A stretch of DNA of 64,000 bases from Marsupella aquatica (taxonomy: Eukaryota > Plantae > Marchantiophyta), in assembly GCA_973895155.1 (NCBI GenBank), contig OZ316894.1, positions 12,936,828 to 13,000,827 of the forward strand, in the 5' to 3' direction. The notes under the pieces are model-generated. The model had not been told where the DNA came from, made no database searches, and saw only the letters and a program-made list of their open reading frames with translations. Both the position numbers and the translations under genes were made by a program. Positions within the stretch are counted from its first letter, which is position 1. Each line of letters opens with the position of its first letter. Of this stretch, positions 13,766 to 27,300 are shown one piece after another.

Positions 13766-16700
13766 ATGGCAACATTGGAGAAATTGCATTTTCAGGCCCT
13801 TTCAGTAGACGGCAGCAACTACCTAACGTGGTCAGTAAATGCAGAAACATATTTTGCATCACTGGAACTCGAAGATACTTTGATAACTGATAATAATGTG
13901 ACACTACAACAGAAGGCTAAGGCCGTTTTCTTATTACGCCAGCATTTGGCTCCTCCACTCAAAACCCAATATATGAACGAGGTCAACCCACGCCTACTAT
14001 GGGATAAATTAAAATCAAGATTCGACCATATGCGCGAAGTCTGGCTCCCAGAAGCCCGCCGTGATTGGTATAACCTGCGAGTGATGGACTACACATCAAT
14101 AGCCAGCTACAACAGCGCATTATTTAGAATCACATCCCAATTGGAGTTGTGTGGCCATCCGGTCCCTGATGCAGATATGATCGACAAAACACTAAGCACA
14201 TTCCCAGAAGCAAATATAGCCCTCGGTACACAGTACAGAAATATGAGATTTACAGTCTACTCAGACCTCATTGCACATTTACTGGTAGAAGAGAAGCAGC
14301 AGACCGTTGCCCTGCAGAACGCTAGAAAACGACCTGCAGGATCAGCCCCACCACCACAAAAACCAGAAACAAATTATAATATGAGAAACCAAAGGGGACG
14401 AGGCAGATCAAGAGGCAGAGGCGGATATCAAGACAGAAGCAGGAATCAAAATCCCAGAGGCCAAGGAAACCGTTTTTCATACAACTCACGGGGTCGAGGA
14501 GCAAGCGGCCGAGACAGCAGACGAAACACCCCACCTGATAACATCAGAGAAGATAGGCTGTGTTACCGGTGTGGTAAAATAGGACACATAAAGAAGAACT
14601 GCTGGGCATCAGACCAAGCAGCTAAACGACATACAGAAGCAAGGGCCCAATTAAAGCAAAATCCAGAAGGCAACTATATGGAGATGGAGGAAGACTTAGC
14701 TAACTATCAGGACCCGAAAGAAACACCTACACAACAACCTGAAGAACAGGAGACCCATATGGTAACACCAGCATCAATACACACCTCATTAGATGACCCC
14801 AACCTTGGGATAATTGACAGCGGAACATCACATACAATTCTTAAAGACAAGAAGTACTTCCACAGTACCACCCCATCTACACGATCAATGACCACAATTT
14901 CGGGTATAAACCAGATAGAAGAAGGTAAGGGAGCTGCAACAGTGACATTCCCACAAGGAACAGTTATTGATATTGATGCAGCAATCTTTGCCCCACGAGC
15001 TACTCAAAATTTGATAAGCTTTCGGGACGTAGTCGCTAATAAATACCAACTGCGAACGGCAAAGACAGATGAAGAGGACACACTACAAATTTTGGAGATT
15101 ACCAATGATGCAACCAATATTAAAGAGACATTACCACTCATACCCCCCGGTCTCTATGCGACTCAAATTATTGTAAATTATTCTACAACTGAATCATCAA
15201 AAATAACACACCTATGGCACTACCGACTGGGACACCCAGGAGTAAATATGTACCGAAGAATTATCAAGGACTCTAGAGGAATCCCACAAGGAGTCAACCC
15301 ATCCACAATGAAACAACAATGCTTAGCCTGTTCTCAGGGGAAGCTGATTACAAGACCACCAATACCGAAGACGATCCATGCTATCCCGAATTTTTTGGAA
15401 CACCTGAACGCAGATGTATGTGGGCCAATACACCCACCCAGTGGACCGTTTAAGTACTTCCTGGCCATAATTGACTCATCGACTAAATGGTTACAAGTAT
15501 CCCTCCTTTCTAGTCGAAACTTAGTCTTTGCACGAATCTTAGCCAATATATTAAAACTTAAAGCACAGTTCCCAGAAAATCCAATCCGGAAACTGAGAGT
15601 GGATGGAGCAGGGGAATTTACCTCCAAAGCATTCGATGATTTCTGCTAGACGGCGGGAATTGACACAGAATACTCAGTTCCCTACGTCCATTTTCAAAAC
15701 GGAATTGCCGAATCCGTTATAAAGCGTATCCAAATGATTACTCGACCACTCCTACTGAACTCCAAGTTACCCCTCTCCGCATGGGGACATGCAGTCCTCC
15801 ACGCCACCACATTGCTGAAGTACAGGCCCTCAGCATTTAATACCAAAACTCCACACCACTTAGCGTTCGGATTACCCCCTGACCTGTCACATCTGCGCGT
15901 CTTTGGATGCAAAGTGATGGTCCCCATCCTTGGGCCAAAGCGCACTAACATAGGACCTCAAAGACAGGAAGGCATCTACGTTGGCTACGACTCCTCATCC
16001 ATAATCCGTTACCTGGAACCGACCACTGCAGACCTATTTAAAGCCAGATACGCAGACTGTCACTTCTATGAAGATTCATTCCCCCAGTTACTTACAGAAA
16101 AACCATTGACGAGGGATACACCTCCACAAAGCATAAATTGGAATAGTCAAAACTTACTCAACCAGGACCCGCGAACGAAGCGAGCGGATAAGGAAGTCCG
16201 CAGACTACTACACCTCCAAGAAATGTTGGACAAGATCCCCGACGCCTTTAATGATGCAGCCAACGTTACAAGATCCCATGTAGAGGCAGCAAACGTACCA
16301 GCTCGAGTACAACCTGCCACAAAATCAGCAATGGAGACCACGGCAAAGAAAAAAAGAGGTAGGCCACCAGAATCTAGAGACTCCCGACCACGCCAGAGAC
16401 TCCCTCATCAGGTACTACCTGAAACCACGATGCATGCTATTACTAATGAACCAGATAGATCTAACATACCAGATAATGAAGAAATGGCCATCCCATACCA
16501 ATACACCGGACAAATCTATAAAAGACCCAACACTGTCGTTGATGCACAATTCGCCTATCACATAGCTCAGCAAATATCAACTGACACTCCGGACCCCCTA
16601 ACCATTAAAGAAGCACAAGCGAGGTCGGATTGGCCACAGTGGCAAGAGGCCATTAACACTAAAATGGATGCATTGATCCGTAGGCATGTCTTTGGCCCGT

Positions 16701-18376
16701 TAAAACAAGTCCAACCTAACAATGATTACACAGACAGCAGATTCACATTTGTCAGAAAGAGAAATGCCAAAGGAGATGTCATTAGATACCGCGCACACTT
16801 AGTAGCGAAAGGCTACACTCAAATCCCGGGAAGGGATTATGATTTGACCTATTCACTTGTTATGGATGTGACTACATTCAGGTATCTTATAGCTTTCTCT
16901 CAAAAACACCAACTCTGTAATATACTAATGGACGTTGTAACAACGTACCTATATGGAGTACTAGACTCCGAAATTTTCATGAAAGCCCCAAAAGAACTAC
17001 TCGCAAGAGTGATAGAACATGTCCAAGGGAAACATTTCCAGAACTTGAGTAAGGACATGAAGTCGGGAATACGACAGATTGTACCAGATGAGAAGCTCAA
17101 AGGCCTAGTGTTGAGCAGTGGCAACACAAATAAAGATCCACTCCAGCACCCCAGAAAAAGTGGGACTGGACAGCAGGCGTTTGCTGTGCAAGTCCTGAAA
17201 TCCATCAACGGGTTAAAACAAAGTGGACGCATCTGGTACCAGAAGTTTAAAACTGAGATGCAAACCCTTGGATTTATCAACAACGATATCGCACCGTGCA
17301 TATTCATCAAACACATCGATACAGAATTTGTCATCCTCGCCCTATACGTCGATGATGTCAACTTATTTGGTACTCCACAACTCTTACGCAAAACTATTAA
17401 TACAATGAAGAGTATTTTCGAGATGAAAGAAATTGGAGAGCCGACATACTGCTTAGGACTACAATTTGAATACCTGCAAACTGGCACATTTATTAGTCAA
17501 TCAACCTATACCAAGAAGATCATTCGACAATTTCATATGCACAATGCATATCCTGTGTCCACACCCATGGAGATGCGGTCATTGGACACAGCTAAGGACA
17601 TGTTCAGGCGACGACAGGAGAATGAACCAGCCCTTGACTCGGATAAGCCATACCTATCAGCCATTGGCGCCCTTCTCTACCTGGCAAACAATACAAGACC
17701 GGATATCTCCTTCGCAGTAAGCTTACTGGCACGACACAGTGCACATCCAACTATTCGGCATTGGAACGACGTGAAAAGGGTATTCCGCTACCTTCAAGGC
17801 TCAATAGATATGGGCCTTTTCTTCCCAAACGACAACCCAGATGAACTCATCGGTTATGCAGATGCGGGGTACCTCTCTGACCCACAGGACTTGAAGTCAC
17901 AGACTGGCTACGTTTTCCTGCAAGGGAGAACTGCCATATCCTGGAGGAGTACGAAACAGAGCATGACCACAACCTCCTCGAATCACGCAGAAGTCATCTC
18001 TCTCTATGAAGCATGTCGTGAGGCGATATGGCTCCGCAGTATTATCAACTATATCCTGAAACAAACAGGCAAAACGATATTGACCAAACCAACAATTATT
18101 TACGAAGACAATAAAGCATGCGTCGACCAAATTGTTGCAGGCTACATGAAGACAGATCGGATCAAACATATTGATCCAAAATTCTTTTTTACGCACGAAC
18201 AGAGTGGAAACCAGATCCAGGTGAAGTGGATCCGTTCACAAGACAATTGCGCCGATCTTTTTACGAAGCCCTTACCTGCGGGACCCCATCGACAGCACGT
18301 TACCGCCATCGGAATGTGTCGACTCTCTACCCTGCTTTCCCCCACTGCCGACGCACCCCACCAAGCAGATGCTTGA
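13766..18376 (+). pseudogene. Copia gag-pol polyprotein with a single in-frame TAG at 15647-15649
   Basis: CYRCGKIGHIKKNC; protease IIDSG; integrase HYRLGH...CLAC, ADVCGP, RVDGAGEF; RT LYVDD; RNase H YADAGY, ADLFTK. The frame continues unchanged across the stop codon. Confidence 0.93.
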
Positions 18377-18749
18377 AAAACGAAACGAGGACTTCAGAAT
18401 TTGGGTTTCGACCTTTCCCCCCAACACCTCCCTGTTTACCAAATACCCGACCTAAGCTATACACATATACCTCCGACTTTACACCATTACTTCGATTCAA
18501 TTAACCGTTCGGGCATAAGACATTATACTTTTAGACATAGTGAACTACTCTTACTCTAAAGTTACCCTAAATTTTAACATACCTTAGAATTTAACAGGAT
18601 AATTCATCATATAGAACATACATTTTATGGACCATAAATTCTAATGATGGTAGTACTCCGCAACAAGTTTTAATGAGGCTACATCAAAAGTGGATTCCAT
18701 TTTACACTAGGGTTAAAAGTGTGGTTACTTGACACCCCGTCCAATTAAC

Positions 18750-18899
18750 CAAGGGGAAGTGTCATAAACCATAGTTTACTTTAACCCTAGACTAGAGTAG
18801 GTTAACCTTAACCCAATATGTTAACCTCTTAGGGCTAAATAAGTCCTTGATATAATGGAAGTGTGTGGAAGATTACAATCATCTACTTTGTTTACAACA
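18750..18899 (+). repeat. PPT (CAAGGGGAAG) and 3' LTR (18760-18899)
   Basis: Purine tract directly before TGTCATAAAC; the LTR ends ...TACAACA followed by the TSD. Confidence 0.93.
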
Positions 18900-18999
18900 A
18901 AAAGGAGGCAAACTAAACCAATTTTGGAGTTATTTGTAATATGGTACAAACCATGCCACAATAGTGGGGTAACTTCTCTTTCTGTACAACATTGTGCTG

Positions 19000-19913
19000 A
19001 GTTAGGTAATTCTTGTAGCTAGTTTTTGCAGTTCAATAGGCTAGTGCTTTTTTGTGGTCCATGCTCCTTTAATTCTGTGATTTGGTGGGGCCTATTAGGA
19101 CTAGGCTACATCTCTTTTTATTTTTTAAATGTAGAGTTCATTATCTACTTGCAGCCTATAGCTCACATTAAATACATGTTTTATGCCTTTGTATGCGGTG
19201 AGATACATTAAATGTGCTTACTTTTTTGATGCACTCACTTTCGAAGTCCTTGTCGTCTCTATTAATGGTAGACGTATGAAGGTATGAATTTGGCAGCGGA
19301 GTCAAAGTTTCTCTTGTTTGTATGCAACAGTCTGAACCTCTGGTAGCTTTATTTGTATAGTTTAAATTGACATAAAATGTTGAAAAGTGATTTCCCTGTA
19401 CTTGTGTTAAAATCAGAGAGCATCCTTCAAATTCACATGTTTGTAATACATTTTAAGGTCTCGACTAGAAGGTAGTTTTCTTCTAGTGACAGCGTGCTTG
19501 TGATCTGAATAACCTAAATTGTTTGCATGGACTAATTTAGGGGAAATTGTGGTAAAGAGTTTCTGATTCCAGTCGCCCTTAGACCCTTTGCCAATTTCTT
19601 TGAGAATGTTAATGCATTCCTTTGTCACTATTTCTGATTCCAGCCCCGTCCCCGAAGCAGCATTCTTCTTGGTACTACCATTGTCCTGCGGAATTGGCTC
19701 AGCATCAGCTTGATGTGCCCGCACATTAGGAGCCCTGTGTGATTCAAAGGCCGTTGCAGCATTAAATTGGGTACCGATGTTAACCGGCCGCCGATCATGC
19801 ATATCCTCATTCCCATTACTTCTGTCCGCGTGGATCTCGTGAGACCCAAGACGCATAGAATTAAAACTCCATTGTTGCTTTGGGTTCTCAAAGAGGTCAA
19901 AAGGGCGCTGCAC
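19000..19913 (-). pseudogene. Highly decayed coding remnant, possibly a Sola-like DNA transposase
   Basis: Frameshifted translation '...NLKDALSDF...FSTFYVNLNYTNKATRGSDCCIQ' loosely resembles the STFY...DxCxxC segment of Sola-type transposases. Weak evidence. Confidence 0.25.
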
Positions 19914-20781
19914 AACAAATGGTGGGCGGCGATACGAGGCAATAACGGACCGCGCCCCCGCCCGCGGAAGGGAGAGCTGCAGGAGTCCTGCCGGCTGAAT
20001 TGCTTAACTCCATAGAGAACCTGCCCTGGATCCTGCAATGGTTGAGCCCCGCCATCCCGATACATTCTTGCAGGGCTCACGCCACTTTGCCCGCCGGTGC
20101 TGTCCACTTCCATTATGCACTCGATACCGGAACAGGAAATTACCTTCTGCCACAGCCAGGTCCTCCGCCCCTAAGAGCACTCAATGCAATGCGAGATTCT
20201 AATGAAACAATGTTATCTATATTGAATGGGTTAAAGCATTTAGATACGCAACTCAAGAGGTACCAGAGTCAAGAGTACCGTCTGCCACTGATCCTCCACA
20301 CCCCATAGCCCGCTTGACTCAATTTGAATTATGATGCTAATCAGCAGCAGCTGATTCAAGAGCTTAATTTGTCGCCTCTATTATCCTCGCCAATGCATCT
20401 CATCCAGATTATCCCTGGTTGTGGAAGAATTGGGGGAAGAATAGTTGATACCTTGTCTTGCGATAAGCCTCCCTAGTCCCCCGCTTTGACAGTCGCAATT
20501 CTAATCTCTCCACCCACCCAACCTTTAGCATCCTCCGAGAGCAAACTCAGCCAATCCCATTCAGCTCCACGCCTGTTTGTGCAGGCTAAGTCCTTACTAG
20601 TGCTCCTTATTACTACACGCCACCGTCCCCATGGCTAAGCCACCACAATCCAGAAGCACAAGCCCCAAACCCCTCTAGCCAGGAAAAATCTTCCGTCCCA
20701 AAAGACACACCGGGTCAATCTAATACAGTCAAATACCCACAATTCTGGTGTAAAGAATACTCATGCCAATTTTATTCGTGT

Positions 20782-22430
20782 TCAATAAAGAACTTCATCA
20801 TGTACATCATTTTTGGTCAAGCTTGCATGACCCTCCTCGAAATCTGGAAGCAAAACCTTAATACTTCTAGGCGATGTTGCTCTTGAGAATGCTACGTACA
20901 ACTGGTCGTGACTAAATACAGGTTTTGAAAGTTGCAACCCTACATGTTCTAAAGTTTGACCTTGAGCCTTGTTGATGGTCATTGCATATGCCACTCGGAT
21001 GGGAAATTGGACCCTACGTAATACAAAAGGAAGTGATTCATCAGACGTCAACGGAATGCGTGGGATGAACGTAATAGTTCCCGCATATTTTCTTGCAAGG
21101 ACTGGTGCCTCAATGACACGACGATTCATGGATCTCACAATGAGCCTTGTACCATTACATAATCCAAGCGAGTGATCTATATTCCTTAGCAAGATTATAG
21201 GGCATCCAACCTTCAATACCAGCTTGTGAGGTGGTAAACCACTCGGTGTTAGCGTATTCAAGAACTCCGTAGGATAAAAATTCTCCCCTTCCAGTTGGTC
21301 CGGATGATCGACGCTTAAAAACTCCTTTGACTCCCTAGGAAGTCCTTCTAGAATGCAATTGTTGATTTTGAGCGCCTCATCGTTGGTTGGCGCCAGGATA
21401 GTCCTCTTGCTTAAGAACTTATCATCCACGTTTAAAAGAGATGGGTACGTAGATTTCACTAATCAAAGATTCCACACATCCTCCCTCCACCACCATAGAC
21501 TCCGGACATGTAATAAGGTTATTTGAAGGTCCCTGCTTTGGGAGTTTGTCATCGCCCAATGCAAGAAGCCACTCTGCAAATGTAATCTTGATTGCCAAAC
21601 TCAGGAGACGCTGAAGTTCCTCTTGCCCGCATATTCTCTGTTAGTTTGTACGTTTGTATACTACTCCATATGTGGGATTTCTTCAAACACGACCCCACAA
21701 TCTCCGGACGACTGGCCCTTGCCTTCACAGGAAGTACTTGACAAAAATCTTTTGCAAACACAACCACAACTCCTCCAAAAACTTGGTCACAATCTCGAAT
21801 GTCACATAGCATTCTATCCAACGCCTCAACTCCATGCCGATGAATCATGGGTGCTTCATCCCATAAAACAAAGGTGGCCCTCCGTAACAATCCACCAAGG
21901 TTAGATTGTTTTTGAATAGCACACGTTGATATTGAGATCGGTTTCAACAAAAGCTTGAATCATGAATAAGCAATGCGCCCTCCATCTGACAAAAGACCTG
22001 CAATACCCAAGGAAGCCACAGCCAATGCCACATCCCCATCTGCACGCACTCTCCTCAATAGAATATTCTCAAGAAATGTTTTTCCCGTCCCCCCTGGCCC
22101 ATCAACAAAAAATGTTCCTCCTTCTCGAGCCCTCACCGCTGCAAGTATTGCAGTGTAGGCTCCCCTTTGGCTGTCATTTAATAATGGCTCTTGTTCTGCA
22201 AGTTGTTGAAGAAGTGCATCAATCGGGTAGCATGTCTCCTCCCGTATCAAGCAATTCCTATTTTTTGGTTTTTCAAAAAATTGCATACTTGGAACCGGAA
22301 GACCAAACCCCAACAATGTTTTACCAATACTTTTCAAAGCCTCATTGGTCAAATATAGGGCAAAGCCCTGTTGTTGCTCCTCAGTGGGATCCAAAAAAAC
22401 CCATTGAACGTAGACAATAGCAACAATCAT
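20782..22430 (-). pseudogene. Helitron-type PIF1 helicase remnant; Rep/HUH domain absent
   Basis: GPGGTGKT, WDEAPM, 'QVLPV', 'LTENMR', 'ILAPTN', 'GLCNGTRL', 'QFPIRVAYAMTINKAQGQTL', 'QLYVAFSRA'. Broken by stops and frameshifts. Confidence 0.9.
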
Positions 22431-24314
22431 CGCTCAAATTGGATGCATGTTGGGTCCACAGGTCGCACGGTGTCCTAAGGATAAGCAAAAAGGTGGAAAA
22501 GATCTTGAGAAACACGCTAGATTGCCTGCTTGAGATAGTAGACCAACAAGACAACTCTAAGCATCACAAAATTATCCACCTCATCCATAGCCAAAGCAAA
22601 GTAACTCATCCATTTACAAAATTGAGGACAACTTCTCCTCAATAATCAAATTAATATAACTATAGGTTTTTCTAAGTCAAAAGTAGGTCTCCATCAAGAC
22701 CCTCCTAGCAAGTAACACCAAGTAGTATGTATAAGATTGCATCTCAATCCCTCCAACAAGTCTATCAAAAACAAGGCTTCAAAATAGCCTATCTACTCTT
22801 GTCCTACACCATCATAACAACTTCAAGAACTTCAACTCTCAAGCAAGCAAAGCCTCAACCATGGAAAAAAGTTCTTCCCCTTCCATACTCCTTACTTATC
22901 ATCCTTCAATGTTTCCTTCTCCCAAACTGAGTGGAAAATTGGTCAGCGCTTCCGCACAAGAGTGAAGCCAATAATTTCCACCTTACCTTCAATGTTCTAG
23001 ATATTGGGTAAGGATTGCAACAAAGGTGCCCCTTCCAAGCTACACAGACCCCCAAGGCAAGACAAATCCACACCGGTAGGTGAATGAACAAGTCAATTAC
23101 CAAGGCAGATGCACTCAAGGTTAGGCAACACACCTCCAAGCACACATAAGCCCAATTCCTTCACATCTACTTCCCTAGGTCCTTCTTCCATCAAAGAAAC
23201 TACCTCCCAACTCTCAACTAGGCCCTTCAAACATTAGGCACCTAGAAGAGAGGAGCTATGGCTCTTTTACTCACAATCATGGCAATATCTCTCTTCCCCA
23301 CCTCCAAGCTCTCAACTCTGAGAAAGTGAGAATGAAGAATGATCCCCTCCTTCCCTCCAAGCTCTCCCTTAAGCCCCTGACCTGCCTCCCCCATCAGAAT
23401 TTGCAACTTCCTCCTCCAGCCCACTTCACACCAACCAAGCACTTGGTAGCAATTCACTAGCAGCCCAACAACTGCCCGCCACCTCTCCACCATAAACGAG
23501 GCACTAAATCCAAGTGAATGTTAAGCAAATAGGGACCAGACAACAGCAAAACCATGGACCAATCTCAATCCAACCTGAACTCGAGCTCCAACCACCCTCC
23601 AAGCTTCCCCAACACTTGTCAAGGCCTAACTTGCACTAGTCCAACTAGCTTTTGCCACCTCTATGGGGTATAGCCACCAAGACAGAAAACAGGAAAACAG
23701 GAATTCTGGTAGCAAATTTGTTTTTGCTGTTATCAGGAATATGTTGTTGTTACCTAGAAAAGTTAGTCATTGGAACAGGATAATCTGAAAAAAAGCAATA
23801 TGCATTGCGCTTCATTTACATTCTAGAGCTTAGAACCAACTAACATGGCAACAATTGTTGTCTGATGATAAGTGAGTCCGGAATCACCAACATACTTCTG
23901 GAAAATAGTGTCCCAAGAACCACAGACACACAACCATTAACCAGTGAATGCCATGAGAAAAAACATTGACATGGTAGGTCCCACCATAATTAACTTAATA
24001 TTATAGGCCAACAATAAGGCAGAAAACCACAAATGAAAACTTCGGACAACAATAAGAAAGACCACCAACGATGGGCTAGCGCCTGGCGCTAGCTAAAATG
24101 GAAACAACCAACACATTTAGAAATGACATTGGATGAATGCAGAATGTGGCAAACAAAAATTTAAAATATCATTTGTAGTGATAGGATTACAATGGAGTAA
24201 ATGATAATAAGGAAGACTTCCATCCCAGCGCCAGGCGCTAACACAAAATTATACCGTTGTAATACGACAAAAACTAATATAACCGTTTCGAGTATAGGAC
24301 AAATATATCATTCT

Positions 24315-27300
24315 CTATAAACCATGAGCATTCTCCCTTTCCAAGATCAGTCGGACTTCTCCAACTATGAGAATTGGTTGGCTGGTCAAAGTAGATTCCT
24401 CAATGTCTAGTTTGAAAACGGTCTGGAAAACCCAGTACAAATGTTTGCAAGGCATATATGGATATCTGTGAGAATGTCGACGATAGAAATCCTCACAAGA
24501 ACAAGTCAAGAAAATACAAATCTGCACAAAGTAACTATTCGGCGTCCTTAGATTCTCATGTGTTTGTACTTTGAATTGCTTCCCCCATGAGTTCCCAATA
24601 GAAACATCCCACTGTCCTTGGACGGACATGGTCTCTTTTCTTGCAGATTCAATCCTCTTCATGTGACCATGGGTCAAGGTCGATCGAGGAACCGTGTTCT
24701 TTCCATTCCGACTCCGGAGACGAACAGTGGGTTCCAGAAGATTGACTCTCTCTGGAAATAAGTTTACGTTGATTCGAAGATTGAAAAGTGATGGTGGAGG
24801 TAGAGGACCGTCTCTTCCTTGGGCTATAGGTATTCCCTGGTCAACAAGATACTTCATCTCAGCTTCCGAAACATTTGTTCCTTTTATAACAAGAAGAACA
24901 TCAGGAAAGGAGGGCAGGCTCACTACACCACGGCGGGGACGGCTCCGATAACATGTGTTGTTTGGGCAGAACCATATCATTTTGGCTATGGGTTCCCTCT
25001 TGAACATGCGTTGTCCTTTGACAACAATGCCGATGACACCGTTTGATGAGGGGAACCCAACTTTCTTCACTCTATTTTGACACTCATCTCTCTCGGAACT
25101 ACCACCAAATGACGCGTTGCACTGTGAACCGGCCCCAAATCTTGATGTCCGACGCAGATGCCCTAAACCCTCACTAAACCCTATGCCATGAACCTTGCAT
25201 GACTTCTGTTTCAAGAACTGGAGATTGGAGCGATGTCTGCTAAAGTACAATGGGAGCGCTTTGTGGGTATTGTGTTGAACATGATTGATGTCGACCATGC
25301 GGTGTACTGAAATCATCACGTTCTGCATCCCTCGAATCATCACTTCCTGAGAGATTGACAACGGACATGTCATCAGGTTTTTCTTCCGATACGGAAGCAA
25401 ACATTGTGTGGTGCAGATTTTTACGCTTGAGTGATCTGGTATTCAGTGATGTGATAAGGACTTTATCATGCCGGTGGGAGTCTTGTGGCGAGACAATCCC
25501 AGTTGCAAGTCCTTTCCTCTTGACAGACTTTGTTAGAACATCTCCGTTGAGAGGAACGCTTCTCTCCAAGTCAAACTCAGCTGCATTGGAGAGGAGCATG
25601 TTCATCGCATCCTCGAACAGCTTTGGGGAACCTGCCTGGTCAACTGAATGGAAAGCCAGTTCCCATATTGTAGGACCTCTTCCTCTACTCAATCCTTTCC
25701 GATATGCGGTATATGCTGCAACCTGAGATATAGCTCGAATCTGATCCATTCACATGCCTCGAAGAGCCCCACTTTTTTTCATTACCCATGCTTTCATTCC
25801 TGCGTGAACAGACTCTGATCCGGTATAGTTAGGAATCCTAGCGCCTTCTTCAACACTTTTGTCCTAGAACGACAAAGCATAAACACTAGTAAGAATCCGC
25901 AAAACATACTAGCGCCAGGCGCTAGGCAGAACATTTCGACAAAACCATCAATATTATTGTGTAATCACATGTTTATGAAAATAAACAGGTCAATATTTGA
26001 GAATCAATGACATTATTTGGATTCTTTGGATGGAATGTTGAGGAATGTCATCTGAAAAATGTACTTCTACAAAGGAATCTGATTTACATATTACTAGCGC
26101 CAGGCGCTATTACTCACCAAGCGAATAAAATTTCCCCACTGCCTCCAACGCACGACCCACCACGATATCCAACTTTGAAGCATTCGGAGCTTTCCAGGTA
26201 AGCAGTTACCCGACTGCCACCATAGGTCAATCTCTCTTGAAAGTTGGTAAGCCTCTACAAATGTTGGTGCGTTCCGTAATTTATCCCATAGCATTCGATG
26301 TTCCACCTGCTTCTCTTCCAACACTCCTTCAACAGAATGGCGATGAAAAGCTTGGTAAAAATCAAAAGCTTCCATCCTCTCCCGTTCAGGGTTTGGGTGC
26401 CCTCCGAAAAAAACATTATGGACTGCTAACCATCCGGCTTGGGCATTGTCTGCCATGAAGCCATGAATGGTTGGATTGTCTAACCCATTCTCTTTGGAAA
26501 CCTCAATCATTAATCTCCAAGCCTTCTCGAACGACGCCGTGTCCTCAGCTTTTAGCTTGCAAGTAAATATTGTACACAATGCGCGGTAATTGTGATCGTA
26601 AACGTGTGCGCTGAAAGTCACCCAATCCTTGGCCATTCGTTTCATGACATCGAAGCTTACCCAGGCACCTTCAAGCATCCCTCCAGGTTGCATTTGCCGC
26701 AAAAGATCCACCCCAGACCCATGGCCTTTGGAAGTCATCTTAAATATGTGAGGTCTGTCTTCTTGAGATCCTTGACCTGGAAGGATGTACCTCTGTAGAA
26801 AAGGCATGTTGATATTCTTTTGATACCGAACAAGAAAATCCAACTCTCCACGGCCTTTTTGGTCCTGCCTAACACTCCTGAAAAGAGATGCAAACTTCTG
26901 TGGAGTAGAAACTACCATTAGAGACTGGAAAATCTCTATCTCTTCGATATCTTCAATCTCACCCAGGCTCTCACACAAAGACTATACAAAAGATCCTGTC
27001 GCTACATTTTTAATCCCGGCAGGCGTCCAAGTCGGATTGCCTTCCAATTTCTTTTTTATGACATCTTCAACTACCTTTTCCGCACTCCGAGAAAATACCT
27101 TACGACAAGGATGATTGTGGGTACCCATATGAATCGCAAGGCGAGACATGTGACTACAGGTATCTGAGTCAAGCAGAACTTGAGGATACATATAAAACAG
27201 TCTTGCAGAGCATGTCTCTACACAAAAAGAGAGCTGCTAGCAATAATGACAAACAACTCCACCCTGCTCAATGAACGATCCAACACGGTGAGAGCCTCCA

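Larger units (their letters stand above)
13111..18899 (+). mobile_element. Near-intact Ty1/copia LTR retrotransposon, Bianca-like lineage
   Basis: TG...CA LTRs at 13111-13250 and 18760-18899; 5-bp TSD AAAAG (13106-13110 and 18900-18904); PBS; polypurine tract (PPT); Gag N-terminus 'MATLEKLHFQALSVDGSNYLTWS' typical of Bianca; domain order gag-PR-IN-RT-RH. Confidence 0.95.

Noticed and set aside
20596-20645. Helitron 3' terminus (CTAG|T on the minus strand)
   Set aside because: CTAG is present, but no convincing GC-rich subterminal hairpin was found, so it is left uncalled.
22440-23680. Coding region between the Helitron remnant and the MULE end
   Set aside because: Probably decayed TE sequence, but no family motif was recognisable in any frame.
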